NCBI GenBank assembly: GCA_964612945.1
Contig: CAZTFR010000006.1
Location: forward strand, 742 to 64,741
Reading direction: 5' to 3'
Length of the DNA stretch: 64,000 nt
Source: an uncultured Thermoplasmatales archaeon
GTDB lineage: Archaea > Thermoplasmatota > E2 > DHVEG-1
The notes under the pieces were generated by a model. It worked only from the letters and a program-made list of their open reading frames with translations, was not told the origin of the DNA and did no database searches. Positions 30,273 through 40,219 of this stretch are shown piece after piece (position 1 is the first letter of the stretch; each line of letters begins with the position of its first letter). The position numbers and the translations under genes are program-made.

Positions 30273-32981
30273 ATGCCCAAATACGATCAAAAAAAACTGG
30301 AACACAAATGGCAGAAACGATGGCAAGAAATGACACTATTTCACTTTGATCCAAAAAGTGACAACCCCGTCTTCAGCATCGATGTTCCCCCACGGTATGC
30401 CTCAGGCCCTCTTCACGCGGGCCACGCTGTCCATTATACTCATATTGATTTTGCTGCACGATACAAACGAATGCAGGGATACAATGTCTTTTTTCCGCTC
30501 TGCTTTGATGTTAACGGAATACCTATCGAAGAACGCGTCGAACGGAAGCTCAACATCACTAGAAAAGACATCGATCGTCATGAATTTATCAAACACTGCT
30601 CCGATTTTGCTGAAAAAAACATTAACACCATGATCCATCAATTCATCCGTCTTGGAGAAAGCATGGATCCCACGGTGTATTATCAAACTAATGCAGAATA
30701 TTATCGACGCATCACTCAAATTTCTTTTATCGAACTCTATAAAAAAGGACTAATCTACAAAGGGAAATTCCCAGTGAACTGGTGTCCACGGTGCATGACT
30801 GCAATGGCTGATGCAGAAGTCACCTACAGCGACCGAGAGACCAAACTCAACACCGTCAAATTCTATTTTACTAAAGAACAACCCAAACAACTCCTTAAAT
30901 ACCCGGGTATCGGAAAAGATGACAAAGGGATGTACATAGAAATTGCAACCACACGACCAGAAATGTTTGCATCCTGCCAGATCATCGCAGTGCATCCAAA
31001 TGATGAACGCGCACCATGGCTTGCCGATAAAGAAGTTACTGTACCTCTCTATAAAAAAACTGTAAAAATTGTCCAAGATGAAGCCGTCGATCCCGACTTT
31101 GGAACCGGCATTGTTATGATCTGTACCATCGGCGACAAAGAAGATCTTAACTGGGTTTTCAAATACAAACTTCCCTTAGAGATGTGCATTGATGAAGAAG
31201 GACATATGACTGATCTTTGCGGGAAATATAACGGCCTAAGTATCTCTGAAGCAAAAAAACAGGTAATTTCAGATCTCAAAAAACAAAATCTCATACTCCA
31301 TCAAGAACTCCTTGCACAAAGTGTTGGTGTTTGCTGGCGATGCAAAACACCAGTAGAATTTATAAACGCTGAACAATGGTTCCTCAAAACAATAAAATTC
31401 AAACAGCTTGTCCTCGACCAAAGCAATGCTATGAACTGGTACCCTCAGTACATGAAAATACGACTCGAAGACTGGGTAAACTCCCTTGAATGGGACTGGG
31501 TAATCAGTAGGCAACGCTACTTTGCGACCCCTATACCTCTCTGGGAATGCATTAACTGTCATGAAATCATACTTGCAAAAGCCGAGGACTGCTATATTGA
31601 TCCCACCATTAACAAACCACCCATGAAAACGTGTCCCCGCTGTGGAGGACCTCTAAAAGGAAGTGAAGATGTGTTTGACACCTGGATGGACTCCTCCATT
31701 TCACCACTCTACAACACCTTCTGGCACCGTGATGAACAACAATTCAAGAAACTATACCCCATGTCCGTCCGCCCTCAATCTCATGATATCATCAGAACAT
31801 GGGCCTTCTACACCATTCTCCGCTGCACCCTTCTAACTGGAAAAAAACCATTCACCAACATTATGATGGGAGGGTTCATACTCTCAGAGGATGGAACGCC
31901 CATGCATGCCAGCCTCGGAAATGTAATTGACCCTCTCAAAATCATCGATGAATATGGTACAGATGCATTCCGTTGTTACGCTGCTAGTTGTGCACTTGGT
32001 GAAGATAATCCGTTTCGGAAGAAAGATGTCATACGCGGGGGAAAACTTCTGCGAAAACTCTGGAATGTCCAACAATTCATCCATCACACTATTGAAGACA
32101 AAAAACCAAACCAACCAAAACAGTTCACCACCATCGACCAATGGATTCTCTCCAAATACAGCAGACTCGTCGACTCAGCAACAAAACTCATGGACACCTA
32201 CGATTACAACCAAGCAATGAAAGAAACCGAATATTTCCTCTGGCATGAATTTGCAGACCACTACCTTGAAATGATCAAAACAAGTCTTTACAGTAACCAA
32301 AATACTCAAAGCATCCACTACACCCTGTATACCATAGGTTTAGGAATACTCAAACTCTTTGCCCCTATCTTTCCTCATATTACTGAGGAGCTCTATCATT
32401 TAATGTACCAAGCAAACGAACAGGATCCCAGCATCCATATTGCATCCTGGCCTGAACCATATAAGATTAATAAAGAACATGAACGCCAAGGAGAAATTGT
32501 AAAACAATACATCGCAAAAGTTAGAGCCTACAAAAGTGAGCACGCAATACCTCTCAACGCACCGCTTCATGCAGTTGCTACTTACGCATCTTCTGAAACA
32601 GCTCGCCATTTAAAAGATAACAAAGATATTATTATAACAACCCTTAAATATCCTAAAAATCATCAATTTATCCCTAAAAAACCAGATGTGGAACGAAAAA
32701 TCACAGATATACAACCGATTCACTCACAAATAGGCCCCATTTTCAAGAATGACAGCAAGAGACTTGTAAAATGGATCGCCGAAAACAAAGAAGAAATAAT
32801 ACAAACCATCGACGAAACTGGAGATTACTCTATGGAAACGATACCCATATTACATGAGAACACAGATAAAAAATTAGTCAAGGACGGATTTATAAAAGTA
32901 CAAAAAGAAACACGGTTAAAAACAAAAAAGCAAAACATTTTAGTAGATTTTAATAGATTTTATTTAGAGATACGCTCATGA
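30273..32981 (+). CDS. valS: Valine--tRNA ligase with a degenerate KMSKS loop
   Basis: PPRYASGPLHAGH (HIGH-type), FAARYKRMQGYNVFFP...NGIPIE, editing-domain TTRPEMF and GTGIVMICTIGD. The KMSKS position reads PMHASLGNVIDP. GAGGAT Shine-Dalgarno site before the ATG at 30273. Confidence 0.8.
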   Translation: MPKYDQKKLEHKWQKRWQEMTLFHFDPKSDNPVFSIDVPPRYASGPLHAGHAVHYTHIDFAARYKRMQGYNVFFPLCFDVNGIPIEERVERKLNITRKDIDRHEFIKHCSDFAEKNINTMIHQFIRLGESMDPTVYYQTNAEYYRRITQISFIELYKKGLIYKGKFPVNWCPRCMTAMADAEVTYSDRETKLNTVKFYFTKEQPKQLLKYPGIGKDDKGMYIEIATTRPEMFASCQIIAVHPNDERAPWLADKEVTVPLYKKTVKIVQDEAVDPDFGTGIVMICTIGDKEDLNWVFKYKLPLEMCIDEEGHMTDLCGKYNGLSISEAKKQVISDLKKQNLILHQELLAQSVGVCWRCKTPVEFINAEQWFLKTIKFKQLVLDQSNAMNWYPQYMKIRLEDWVNSLEWDWVISRQRYFATPIPLWECINCHEIILAKAEDCYIDPTINKPPMKTCPRCGGPLKGSEDVFDTWMDSSISPLYNTFWHRDEQQFKKLYPMSVRPQSHDIIRTWAFYTILRCTLLTGKKPFTNIMMGGFILSEDGTPMHASLGNVIDPLKIIDEYGTDAFRCYAASCALGEDNPFRKKDVIRGGKLLRKLWNVQQFIHHTIEDKKPNQPKQFTTIDQWILSKYSRLVDSATKLMDTYDYNQAMKETEYFLWHEFADHYLEMIKTSLYSNQNTQSIHYTLYTIGLGILKLFAPIFPHITEELYHLMYQANEQDPSIHIASWPEPYKINKEHERQGEIVKQYIAKVRAYKSEHAIPLNAPLHAVATYASSETARHLKDNKDIIITTLKYPKNHQFIPKKPDVERKITDIQPIHSQIGPIFKNDSKRLVKWIAENKEEIIQTIDETGDYSMETIPILHENTDKKLVKDGFIKVQKETRLKTKKQNILVDFNRFYLEIRS

Positions 32982-33076
32982 AAGCAAAAATAAAACTTCT
33001 TCTCTACCGGATACTTATCATTTTTATTATCTTATCCTTAATTTTTTCAGGATTTGTCGTCATATTTTGGAAATAA
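32978..33076 (+). CDS. Possible 32-aa hydrophobic miniprotein coupled to the valS stop
   Basis: The ATG overlaps the valS TGA as ATGA. Sequence MKAKIKLLLYRILIIFIILSLIFSGFVVIFWK forms one TM helix. Below the ORF-track cutoff. Confidence 0.25.
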   Translation: MKAKIKLLLYRILIIFIILSLIFSGFVVIFWK

Positions 33077-33206
33077 GATTACATTTTTTGGTGACAGATT
33101 TTAAACGATGTTATCGTAATTGTTGAGAAAATTAAGCGATATGATTTCACTTAAATGCGATAGATTTTTAAATAACATTTTTATTCGGCAGCCACGTGAT
33201 GCATTA

Positions 33207-33794
33207 ATGGCTGAAAAAAGCATGTTAGCAAATCCAGCCCCCCTTGGTCTTATGGGTTTTGGGATGACCACAGTGCTTCTCAATATTCATAACACGGACC
33301 CAGTTATGTTTCCCGTTTCATCGATGATACTTGCGATGGGAATTTTTTATGGGGGGCTTGCACAGATTATCGCAGGGATTCTTGAATTTCGAAAAAATAA
33401 CACGTTTGGCGTTACCGCATTTACATCCTATGGTCTCTTCTGGATATCATTAGTTGCTCTTTGGCTTATCCCGGAGATTATCAGCGATGGCACACGGACA
33501 ACTGCAACTGATCCTACATTCATGGGCTGGTACCTGTTCATGTGGGGGCTATTTACCATGTTTATGTTTGTAAGTGCCTTAAAAAAGAACATTGCCTTGT
33601 CTGTTGTGTTTCTGACACTGTTTATCCTCTTCTACTTGCTTGCCTTAAAAGATTGGGGTATCATCAGCGGAGGATGGATAGGAATCGAAGGAATAATCTG
33701 TGGATTTAGCGCGATTTACCTTGCGATGGCAGAAGTAATCAACGAAACATATGGTAAAACACTCCTACCTATCGGTCGACCACCAATAAAATAA
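33207..33794 (+). CDS. GPR1/FUN34/YaaH (SatP) family acetate/succinate channel
   Basis: Family signature NPAPLGLMGFGMTTVLLN near the N-terminus and six TM helices. Start set at MAEKSMLANPAPLG. Confidence 0.8.
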   Translation: MAEKSMLANPAPLGLMGFGMTTVLLNIHNTDPVMFPVSSMILAMGIFYGGLAQIIAGILEFRKNNTFGVTAFTSYGLFWISLVALWLIPEIISDGTRTTATDPTFMGWYLFMWGLFTMFMFVSALKKNIALSVVFLTLFILFYLLALKDWGIISGGWIGIEGIICGFSAIYLAMAEVINETYGKTLLPIGRPPIK

Positions 33795-33805
33795 AAAAAA
33801 GAGAG

Positions 33806-34792
33806 TTATAACTCGATCAATTGGTACTTTGAGGATCCTAACCCAATTTGCTCGCCGTAGTGGATCTGTTTTGATGGATCCACCTTATTTTCTTTTTCAA
33901 ATACTTGTGGCCTTACTTCATTAATTAAATCAAGTGACCCTTGATCAACAGCAACCGGATCATCACCAACGATATATCCTATATCTGGGCAGATAAGAGG
34001 ACCTGCATCCGGATCACAATCACAGCTTTTTGATATTCGTTTTAACTCATTAAGGTAAAGAACAGATTTTTCCTGCACACATGCTTTTGCGGCGCAGGCT
34101 AACACAAATTGTAGGTCGGCATCCCGGTAGGATAAAGCTTGAGATGCACAGTTTTCCACGCAGACGCCACATCCAAAACAGGTTTTGTTATCTCGATGCC
34201 ATTGAGTTTGATTGATTTCAATAGCATTAAAAGGACAAACCTCTGCACAGATGCCACAAAACGTACAGGAATCCTTATTATACTCTGGGCGACTTCCATG
34301 ATGCATTTGAATTTTTGTATCCTTTGTTACACCACCCATACCAAAATTCTTAATTGCACCACCCATTCCCGCTGCAATATGTCCTTTCACATGAGATACA
34401 GCAAAGATATATTTCGAATAATAAATATGATCCACAACATTGTAAACTCGATTCTCAACCTCTCGGCGTATTCCCGAGTCATCAATAACAACTGGGCATC
34501 CTATCGTATCTTCGGTGAAGTGATGCTCTCTTGCAAGTTTGAGATACCCTTTTTTTGTATGCCGTAAACCGGGATAGGCTACGGTTGAATCTAATAGGTA
34601 TGGTGAAGAGGGCAGATTCTTTAATATTTTCACCACATAGGCAATAAACGATGGTCGAACAAAATGTTTGTTGTGTTTTTCACCCATATGTAGTTTTAAA
34701 GGAAAGGTTTTGTTGATAAAATCTTCGATGTCAAAAAAAGCAAGCGCTTTGGGAAGCTTAATTAGGTCATTGAAAAAAACAATTTTTTTCAT
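33806..34792 (-). CDS. DUF362-domain protein with two [4Fe-4S] ferredoxin motifs
   Basis: CTFCGICAEVCP and CFGCGVCVENC clusters embedded in a DUF362-like frame. The ATG at 34792 overlaps the upstream stop as ATGA. Confidence 0.55.
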   Translation of the reverse strand: MKKIVFFNDLIKLPKALAFFDIEDFINKTFPLKLHMGEKHNKHFVRPSFIAYVVKILKNLPSSPYLLDSTVAYPGLRHTKKGYLKLAREHHFTEDTIGCPVVIDDSGIRREVENRVYNVVDHIYYSKYIFAVSHVKGHIAAGMGGAIKNFGMGGVTKDTKIQMHHGSRPEYNKDSCTFCGICAEVCPFNAIEINQTQWHRDNKTCFGCGVCVENCASQALSYRDADLQFVLACAAKACVQEKSVLYLNELKRISKSCDCDPDAGPLICPDIGYIVGDDPVAVDQGSLDLINEVRPQVFEKENKVDPSKQIHYGEQIGLGSSKYQLIEL

Positions 34793-36081
34793 CCGATGAC
34801 TTTCTCCCATTTCTTTAGTTTAAGTACAGAATTTAAGGATCCTCCGTTTTTGATTTCCTCCCGTATTCTATTCTCATGTTCTTTAACATCTAACGCACGA
34901 TTTGCAATCTCCTGCGCTTGTTTTTGAGGAACAACTACCACTCCAGAATCATCACCAATAATCCAGTCTCCTGTTTGAACGAGTTGTTCGCCACAAGTGA
35001 TCTCAATGCCGATTTCTCCAAGACCTTTTGGATCTCCTGCATTTGCGGTGACGCTGCGACTAAAAATGGGAACGTTCATATCGATGAGATCATCAAAATC
35101 ACGAACTGCTCCATCAACAACAACACCGGCCAGCTTTTTTATTTTCGCACTCCAAGTTGCAAGTTCTCCCCATACCGCGATGTTTCCTCCAGAGACGTCA
35201 ATGACGACAACCTGTCCCGGTTGTGCCTGATCGATGGCTTGAATGGGTTTTGCCCAGTCTCCATTCATGGTTCGTACGGTAAATGCTTGTCCAACCATAT
35301 GAAAGCCAGTTCTGATAGGTCGAATATGTTGCATTACTCCTTTCTTATGCATGGCATCTGATATGTTTGGAGTAGATACCATCGAAAAAGCTTTTGTTAA
35401 ATCATTACGGCTATATTTCTTATAAAGTGTAGTGGGTACACTTTTTTGCTGAATGATTGCTTTTTTTATAGTTTTTGTTGCCGAGTTAACATCTGGTGCC
35501 TTAGTAATTGCTCCTCCAACAATAATTATTGAAGCTCCTGCTTTGATGGTGGGAACAACGGTCTCACTATTAAGCCCCCCTGCAACAGCGATAGGTAGAG
35601 ATATTTTTTTTGCCAACAGAGTAACCGTTTCAACGGGCGATTGCCCCATCATTTGTTGATCGATACCAACATGTGTGCAGAGATAATCAACTCCGATTTT
35701 TTCTAGTTGTTGTGCTCGTTTGATCTTATTTTTAACATTGATAAGATCAACCATAATTTTTGCGCCGAAGCGACGTGCTGCTTTTACTGCTTCTTGTATC
35801 GTTGAATCTTCTGCGGCACCAAGAATACAGATGACATCAGCACCTGCCTTTGCTGCGATTTCTGTTTCAACAGCTCCCGTATCCATTGTTTTCATATCGG
35901 CAACGATTGTAGTGTCGGTAAACTGCTGTTTGAGACTGCGCACAATATCTAACCCTTCGCTTTTGATAAGTGGGGTCCCTGCTTCAAGCCAATCTGCACC
36001 ACCCTCAATAGCTTCAGAGGCAATTTGTAATGCCCGATGGCGATTTAGAAGATCAAGAGCTACCTGGAGTATTGCTGTCAT
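34789..36081 (-). CDS. Fusion of a 3-hexulose-6-phosphate synthase-like (OMPdecase fold) domain and an RraA-like domain
   Basis: N-terminal half ILQVALDLL...ADWLEAGTPLIK...VADMKTMD...HVGIDQQ is HPS/KGPDC-like. C-terminal half ISDAMHKKG...GELATWSAKIKKLAGVVVDGAVRD is RraA/DlpA-like. Confidence 0.7.
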   Translation of the reverse strand: MTAILQVALDLLNRHRALQIASEAIEGGADWLEAGTPLIKSEGLDIVRSLKQQFTDTTIVADMKTMDTGAVETEIAAKAGADVICILGAAEDSTIQEAVKAARRFGAKIMVDLINVKNKIKRAQQLEKIGVDYLCTHVGIDQQMMGQSPVETVTLLAKKISLPIAVAGGLNSETVVPTIKAGASIIIVGGAITKAPDVNSATKTIKKAIIQQKSVPTTLYKKYSRNDLTKAFSMVSTPNISDAMHKKGVMQHIRPIRTGFHMVGQAFTVRTMNGDWAKPIQAIDQAQPGQVVVIDVSGGNIAVWGELATWSAKIKKLAGVVVDGAVRDFDDLIDMNVPIFSRSVTANAGDPKGLGEIGIEITCGEQLVQTGDWIIGDDSGVVVVPQKQAQEIANRALDVKEHENRIREEIKNGGSLNSVLKLKKWEKVIG

Positions 36082-36233
36082 CAGCCCTTGACATTATCAT
36101 TGGTTTATAAAAGCATTTGTTTAGCTAGGCTCATCACCAATAGATCTGTAAGCGAAATGTTTATATTACCTAATGACTTAAGACATCTTACACCATTTAC
36201 TAATATGGCATACGCCTCAAGTGGGGGAATAAT

Positions 36234-37244
36234 ATGAAAACAAAAATTATTGTAGTTTTAATAACGACGCTGTTGCTTGCAACCTTTTTCTCTGTTGCTC
36301 AACCACCTCTACAATTTAAAAAACAGAATATTCAAAATCAATCAATGCAAACATTATTTGATGATGATGTCCCACTCTGGGAGATTGGTGATTACTGGAC
36401 GTATCGTATCAACGATTATATCATCAATATAGAGGAAGGCAATAGAAGTATTATTGCGATCATTCAAATATCAGATTTAACACTAGAAGTTGTCGATGAC
36501 AGTGGAGACTACTACAACCTATCGGTTGATGCAACCGTGAGTGGAAACTGCGATATCTATGCGGATATGGGAGATGGACCCATCAATGTCACTGTGGAGC
36601 TGCCACCCTCTGAGCTAACAGGTTCAATGTTGATTCAGAAGACAAATCTTGGATTCAAACATATCGATCTCTTTATTGAAGGGCGATTAATGGTATACGT
36701 CTGGGAGCAACCCTACTTTGATCTACCCTTCGAACTCAAAGATATTCCAATTCCCGGAGACGTCAGCTTGGAAGTAGAATTTGAGGAACCACTTGCATTT
36801 CTTGACTTTCCTTTAATGGAAAATAAAACCTGGAATCTTAGCGAAAATATCTTTACTATCAGCGGACAAGTCAGATCATTTTGGTTGTATGTAATTGATA
36901 TCATTAACCGCATCTTGGAAATCGTCGGATATGATCTTCTTCCACCTGAAGTTGATATACTCTTACCTATACTAGATCTTGAGGATGCAATGAAAGTTAT
37001 TGGAATTAATAACACCTTTAAGATTCTTAGCGTCCCGTATGCGTTTTTCTGTAATTCAACTGAACAAATAACGGTGGATGCAGGAACGTTCTCTGCTTAT
37101 AATATATCTGTTATCGGTGGACTCGGTCGCTATTACTATGCACCTGATGCCGGTTTTATCGTAAAAATGCAAGGTAACTTCGAGGAAATTACACCAAATC
37201 TCAAAAACATAGATTTGGAACTTATCGATACTAACTACAGCTAA
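36234..37244 (+). CDS. Secreted hypothetical protein
   Basis: Signal peptide MKTKIIVVLITTLLLATFFSVAQP. Acidic, beta-rich, with several N-x-S/T sequons. Confidence 0.5.
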   Translation: MKTKIIVVLITTLLLATFFSVAQPPLQFKKQNIQNQSMQTLFDDDVPLWEIGDYWTYRINDYIINIEEGNRSIIAIIQISDLTLEVVDDSGDYYNLSVDATVSGNCDIYADMGDGPINVTVELPPSELTGSMLIQKTNLGFKHIDLFIEGRLMVYVWEQPYFDLPFELKDIPIPGDVSLEVEFEEPLAFLDFPLMENKTWNLSENIFTISGQVRSFWLYVIDIINRILEIVGYDLLPPEVDILLPILDLEDAMKVIGINNTFKILSVPYAFFCNSTEQITVDAGTFSAYNISVIGGLGRYYYAPDAGFIVKMQGNFEEITPNLKNIDLELIDTNYS

Positions 37245-37355
37245 CCTTCCTCACCTCTTTTTCTTTTTTTTCCAGCCTATTTTTTGTGAAATTATTTATA
37301 GTGAAAACGAGATTACTACATTGAATTTTTCTAAAAAAAAAATCAAAAAAACAGG

Positions 37356-38030
37356 ATGGGATACACAATGAATTATTGTCCAGAATGTGGAAAACAAATC
37401 CAAGCAGATCACACGTTTTGTCCATACTGTGGTAATGAAAAACTTGCAGGATATCGGTTTTGTCCTTTGTGTGGGAATAACCTTTCAGATGGTACCTTTT
37501 ATTGCTCTAAGTGTACCTCGCAGAATACCCCCGCACAAACAAAGGAAACCAAAGAACAAATCAATAAACAATGGACCCGAATTCGTCTTCCGGTTTCATT
37601 GAAAAAAATTTCGAGAAGAACCGCCGTCATGGGGCTCCTACTTATTTGTTTGGTTGCTATTATTGGCGCTGCAGTATTTGTCGTTCAACCCCTGGACTTG
37701 TTTGGAACAATTGGAAAGCAGGCGACGAAAGGACGAGATATTTCGATATCAATAGAAAATACGAATACGCTTGACGCAACCTGCGAATTGAAAATTGGAG
37801 ATTTAAAACATGGAGAATCCTTCCTTGTAATTAGTTCAGAAATACTTGAATATCCGGTGAATGAAAATGATTTGTATATGCAGCAACCTACCTATGCAGT
37901 CACACTTTATGTCACCATAAAGGATCTTACGTTGGAGGCAAAAGCTGAGGGAGTGACAACATCTGCTTCATTTAGGATTTCTCCATCTGACGATGATGAT
38001 TTTACTGTTGAATGTCTATCGTTTACATAA
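37356..38030 (+). CDS. Double zinc-ribbon membrane protein
   Basis: CPECG..CPYCG..CPLCG..CSKC array, then one TM helix and an extracytoplasmic domain. The start may instead be the ATG at 37368. Confidence 0.55.
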   Translation: MGYTMNYCPECGKQIQADHTFCPYCGNEKLAGYRFCPLCGNNLSDGTFYCSKCTSQNTPAQTKETKEQINKQWTRIRLPVSLKKISRRTAVMGLLLICLVAIIGAAVFVVQPLDLFGTIGKQATKGRDISISIENTNTLDATCELKIGDLKHGESFLVISSEILEYPVNENDLYMQQPTYAVTLYVTIKDLTLEAKAEGVTTSASFRISPSDDDDFTVECLSFT

Positions 38031-38176
38031 CTCTTGAAGTTCGATTGCAATACATACAATTTACGATGGGGCGTTTTTTCCCCAGATTTTTTTTGTTTAA
38101 AATATATTCTTTATTTCATAATAAAAATAAGATGCTACCTACAGATTTTTATAATATTATTAAATGCAGGGATACT

Positions 38177-38695
38177 ATGAATCAAGCAGATTTTCTTGAT
38201 TTTCTTCTTACAAGGAGAAGTATTCGAACCTATACTGCTCAGTCTATTGAAATAGCTGTTTTATATGAGCTTATCCGTGCTGCTTGCAGTGCGCCTTCTG
38301 CGGGTAATCAACAACCCTGGGATTTTGTTATTCTTGATGACAAACAGCTTTTTCGAAAAATTCCTGCATTTCATCCAAACGCAAAACTTATAGAAGATGC
38401 TGACAAGGCCATTTTGATTTGTGCAAATAAAAAACGGGAGCGCTACAAACAGTATTCACCAATTGATTGTGCTGCGGCAACACAAAACTTATTACTTGCG
38501 GCTCATGCGTATGGTCTTGGTGCCTGTTGGCTTGGTATCTATCCTCGGGAGGACAGGATGGAGCAGATGCGTACGTTGCTTGCTATTCCAAAACATATTC
38601 TTCCCTTTTCGCTTATCGCATTAGGATACCCTGCAGAGAAGAGTAGAAAGCTGGATCGTTTCGATCCGCAAAGGATTCATATAAATACTTGGTGA
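38177..38695 (+). CDS. Nitroreductase family protein
   Basis: LLTRRSIRTYT, APSAGNQQPW and GLGACWLG. The track N-terminal extension back to 38012 overlaps the previous gene and looks non-coding. Confidence 0.8.
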   Translation: MNQADFLDFLLTRRSIRTYTAQSIEIAVLYELIRAACSAPSAGNQQPWDFVILDDKQLFRKIPAFHPNAKLIEDADKAILICANKKRERYKQYSPIDCAAATQNLLLAAHAYGLGACWLGIYPREDRMEQMRTLLAIPKHILPFSLIALGYPAEKSRKLDRFDPQRIHINTW

Positions 38696-38706
38696 ACAAC
38701 TCCAGT

Positions 38707-39126
38707 TTATTCGCCAATAATGTGTACAATTAATGAACGTGTTCGAGGCCGGGTGTCCAATTCAACAAAAACAATCTGCTGCCAGGTTCCATGAATGATT
38801 TTCTTTTTCTGAAAAGGAATAGTGATACTTGGACCCATGAGACTAGCTCGTACGTGGGAATGACCGTTGTCATCATGCCAAGTTTCATGATGATGATAGT
38901 ATTGATTTTTTGGTGCAACTTTTTCTAAAACTTCAGGAAAATCCCTCTGAAGACCAGGTTCAAATTCAATTGTGGTCAGACTCCCTGTTGAACCTGGAAC
39001 ATAGATACAAACAATTCCTTTTTTTAACCCTGATTTTTCAACGCATTTTTGTATCTTTTTAGTAATATCAATCAATTCAACTTCGTCCGCGGACTCAACA
39101 TGGATTTCGTCACAATAAACCGTCAT
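38707..39126 (-). CDS. YjbQ/UPF0047 family protein (secondary thiamine-phosphate synthase-like)
   Basis: HHHETWHDDNGHSHVRASLMGPS...GTWQQIVFVELD, characteristic of the YjbQ family. Confidence 0.8.
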   Translation of the reverse strand: MTVYCDEIHVESADEVELIDITKKIQKCVEKSGLKKGIVCIYVPGSTGSLTTIEFEPGLQRDFPEVLEKVAPKNQYYHHHETWHDDNGHSHVRASLMGPSITIPFQKKKIIHGTWQQIVFVELDTRPRTRSLIVHIIGE

Positions 39127-39142
39127 ATAACGCTCACCATGA

Positions 39143-40219
39143 TTAGGTATACTCTCCTAGCATTTTATATGCTTCATATGCTTGGATTAGCCCATATCCA
39201 ACGCGATCATCATGACTGTAAAGTGTAGTTTGATCTTGAAGACTATCGATTTTTTTTGCAGATTCCGCAAGAATTTGTTTGAATAACAAAACGGTTGATT
39301 CATTAGCTGTGCTTCTGTTTTTAGTTTGATATTGTGGATACGCTTCAAGAAGAAGAGAGATAATTCCTGCGACATAGCATGCTGCTTGCGATGTTCCACT
39401 TAGTGAAGCATATGCCCCATTTGGATATGTGGAGAGAATTGAATCGCCTGGTGCTACGAGTTCTGGTTTTTTATGCGGGTGGTTGCTGCTGGGATATTGG
39501 TGACCTCGTGAGCTAAATGGTGAGATGGTTTGTGTTGAAGAAACTGAACCCACAGTGATGATCTCGGGGATTCTACCCGGCAGACATACATCACCATCAT
39601 CGTCTTCACCATCGTTTCCCGCAGGAACTACGACGTAGACACCTTTTTGAGTTGCCTTTAATAGGCTATTTGAGGTCATTTTTAGGTCCTGAAAATTTAT
39701 CTGTTCCGGAGCAATCCCAAGTGAGAGGAGAATGATATCTGCTTGAGAGTCAAGGCAAAAGGTAACCGCAGAAGCAATGTTTGCATCAGAACTTCCTTTG
39801 TAGAAATAGAGATTTGGAGGGACTACTTTTGCTATAATTAATTGTGCATCAGGGGCGATCCCTCTCATGTGTATCCCTGAGAGCAGACCGGTGAATGAAG
39901 GTTCTGAGACGAGTAATCCTGAAAGATGAGTACCATATCCATCTGCATCACAAAATGAGGATGAATTGGTGACTTGATCTTGCCATTCAATAAACGAGTT
40001 TTGATTGAAGTCGTGATGTGTGTTGTCCAAACCCGTGTCGATGATACCAATGCGTACGCCAGATCCACCAAGGCCTAATTGATGAAGTTTGTCTATCTGT
40101 GTGAGGCTAAGAGCCCATTTGTTTGCAGGAGGGGTTGTTAGAGGTGCTATAGCAAAAAAACTAAGAAATATGCAAAGAATGACAAGACCACCAAAGAGAT
40201 ATACTCTGTTGAATCTCAT
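39143..40219 (-). CDS. Secreted subtilisin-like serine protease (S8)
   Basis: Catalytic triad contexts GIIDTGLD (Asp), GYGTHLSG (His) and LSGTSQAACYVAG (Ser), plus an N-terminal TM/signal. The ATG at 40219 overlaps the pyrK TGA as ATGA. Confidence 0.85.
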   Translation of the reverse strand: MRFNRVYLFGGLVILCIFLSFFAIAPLTTPPANKWALSLTQIDKLHQLGLGGSGVRIGIIDTGLDNTHHDFNQNSFIEWQDQVTNSSSFCDADGYGTHLSGLLVSEPSFTGLLSGIHMRGIAPDAQLIIAKVVPPNLYFYKGSSDANIASAVTFCLDSQADIILLSLGIAPEQINFQDLKMTSNSLLKATQKGVYVVVPAGNDGEDDDGDVCLPGRIPEIITVGSVSSTQTISPFSSRGHQYPSSNHPHKKPELVAPGDSILSTYPNGAYASLSGTSQAACYVAGIISLLLEAYPQYQTKNRSTANESTVLLFKQILAESAKKIDSLQDQTTLYSHDDRVGYGLIQAYEAYKMLGEYT

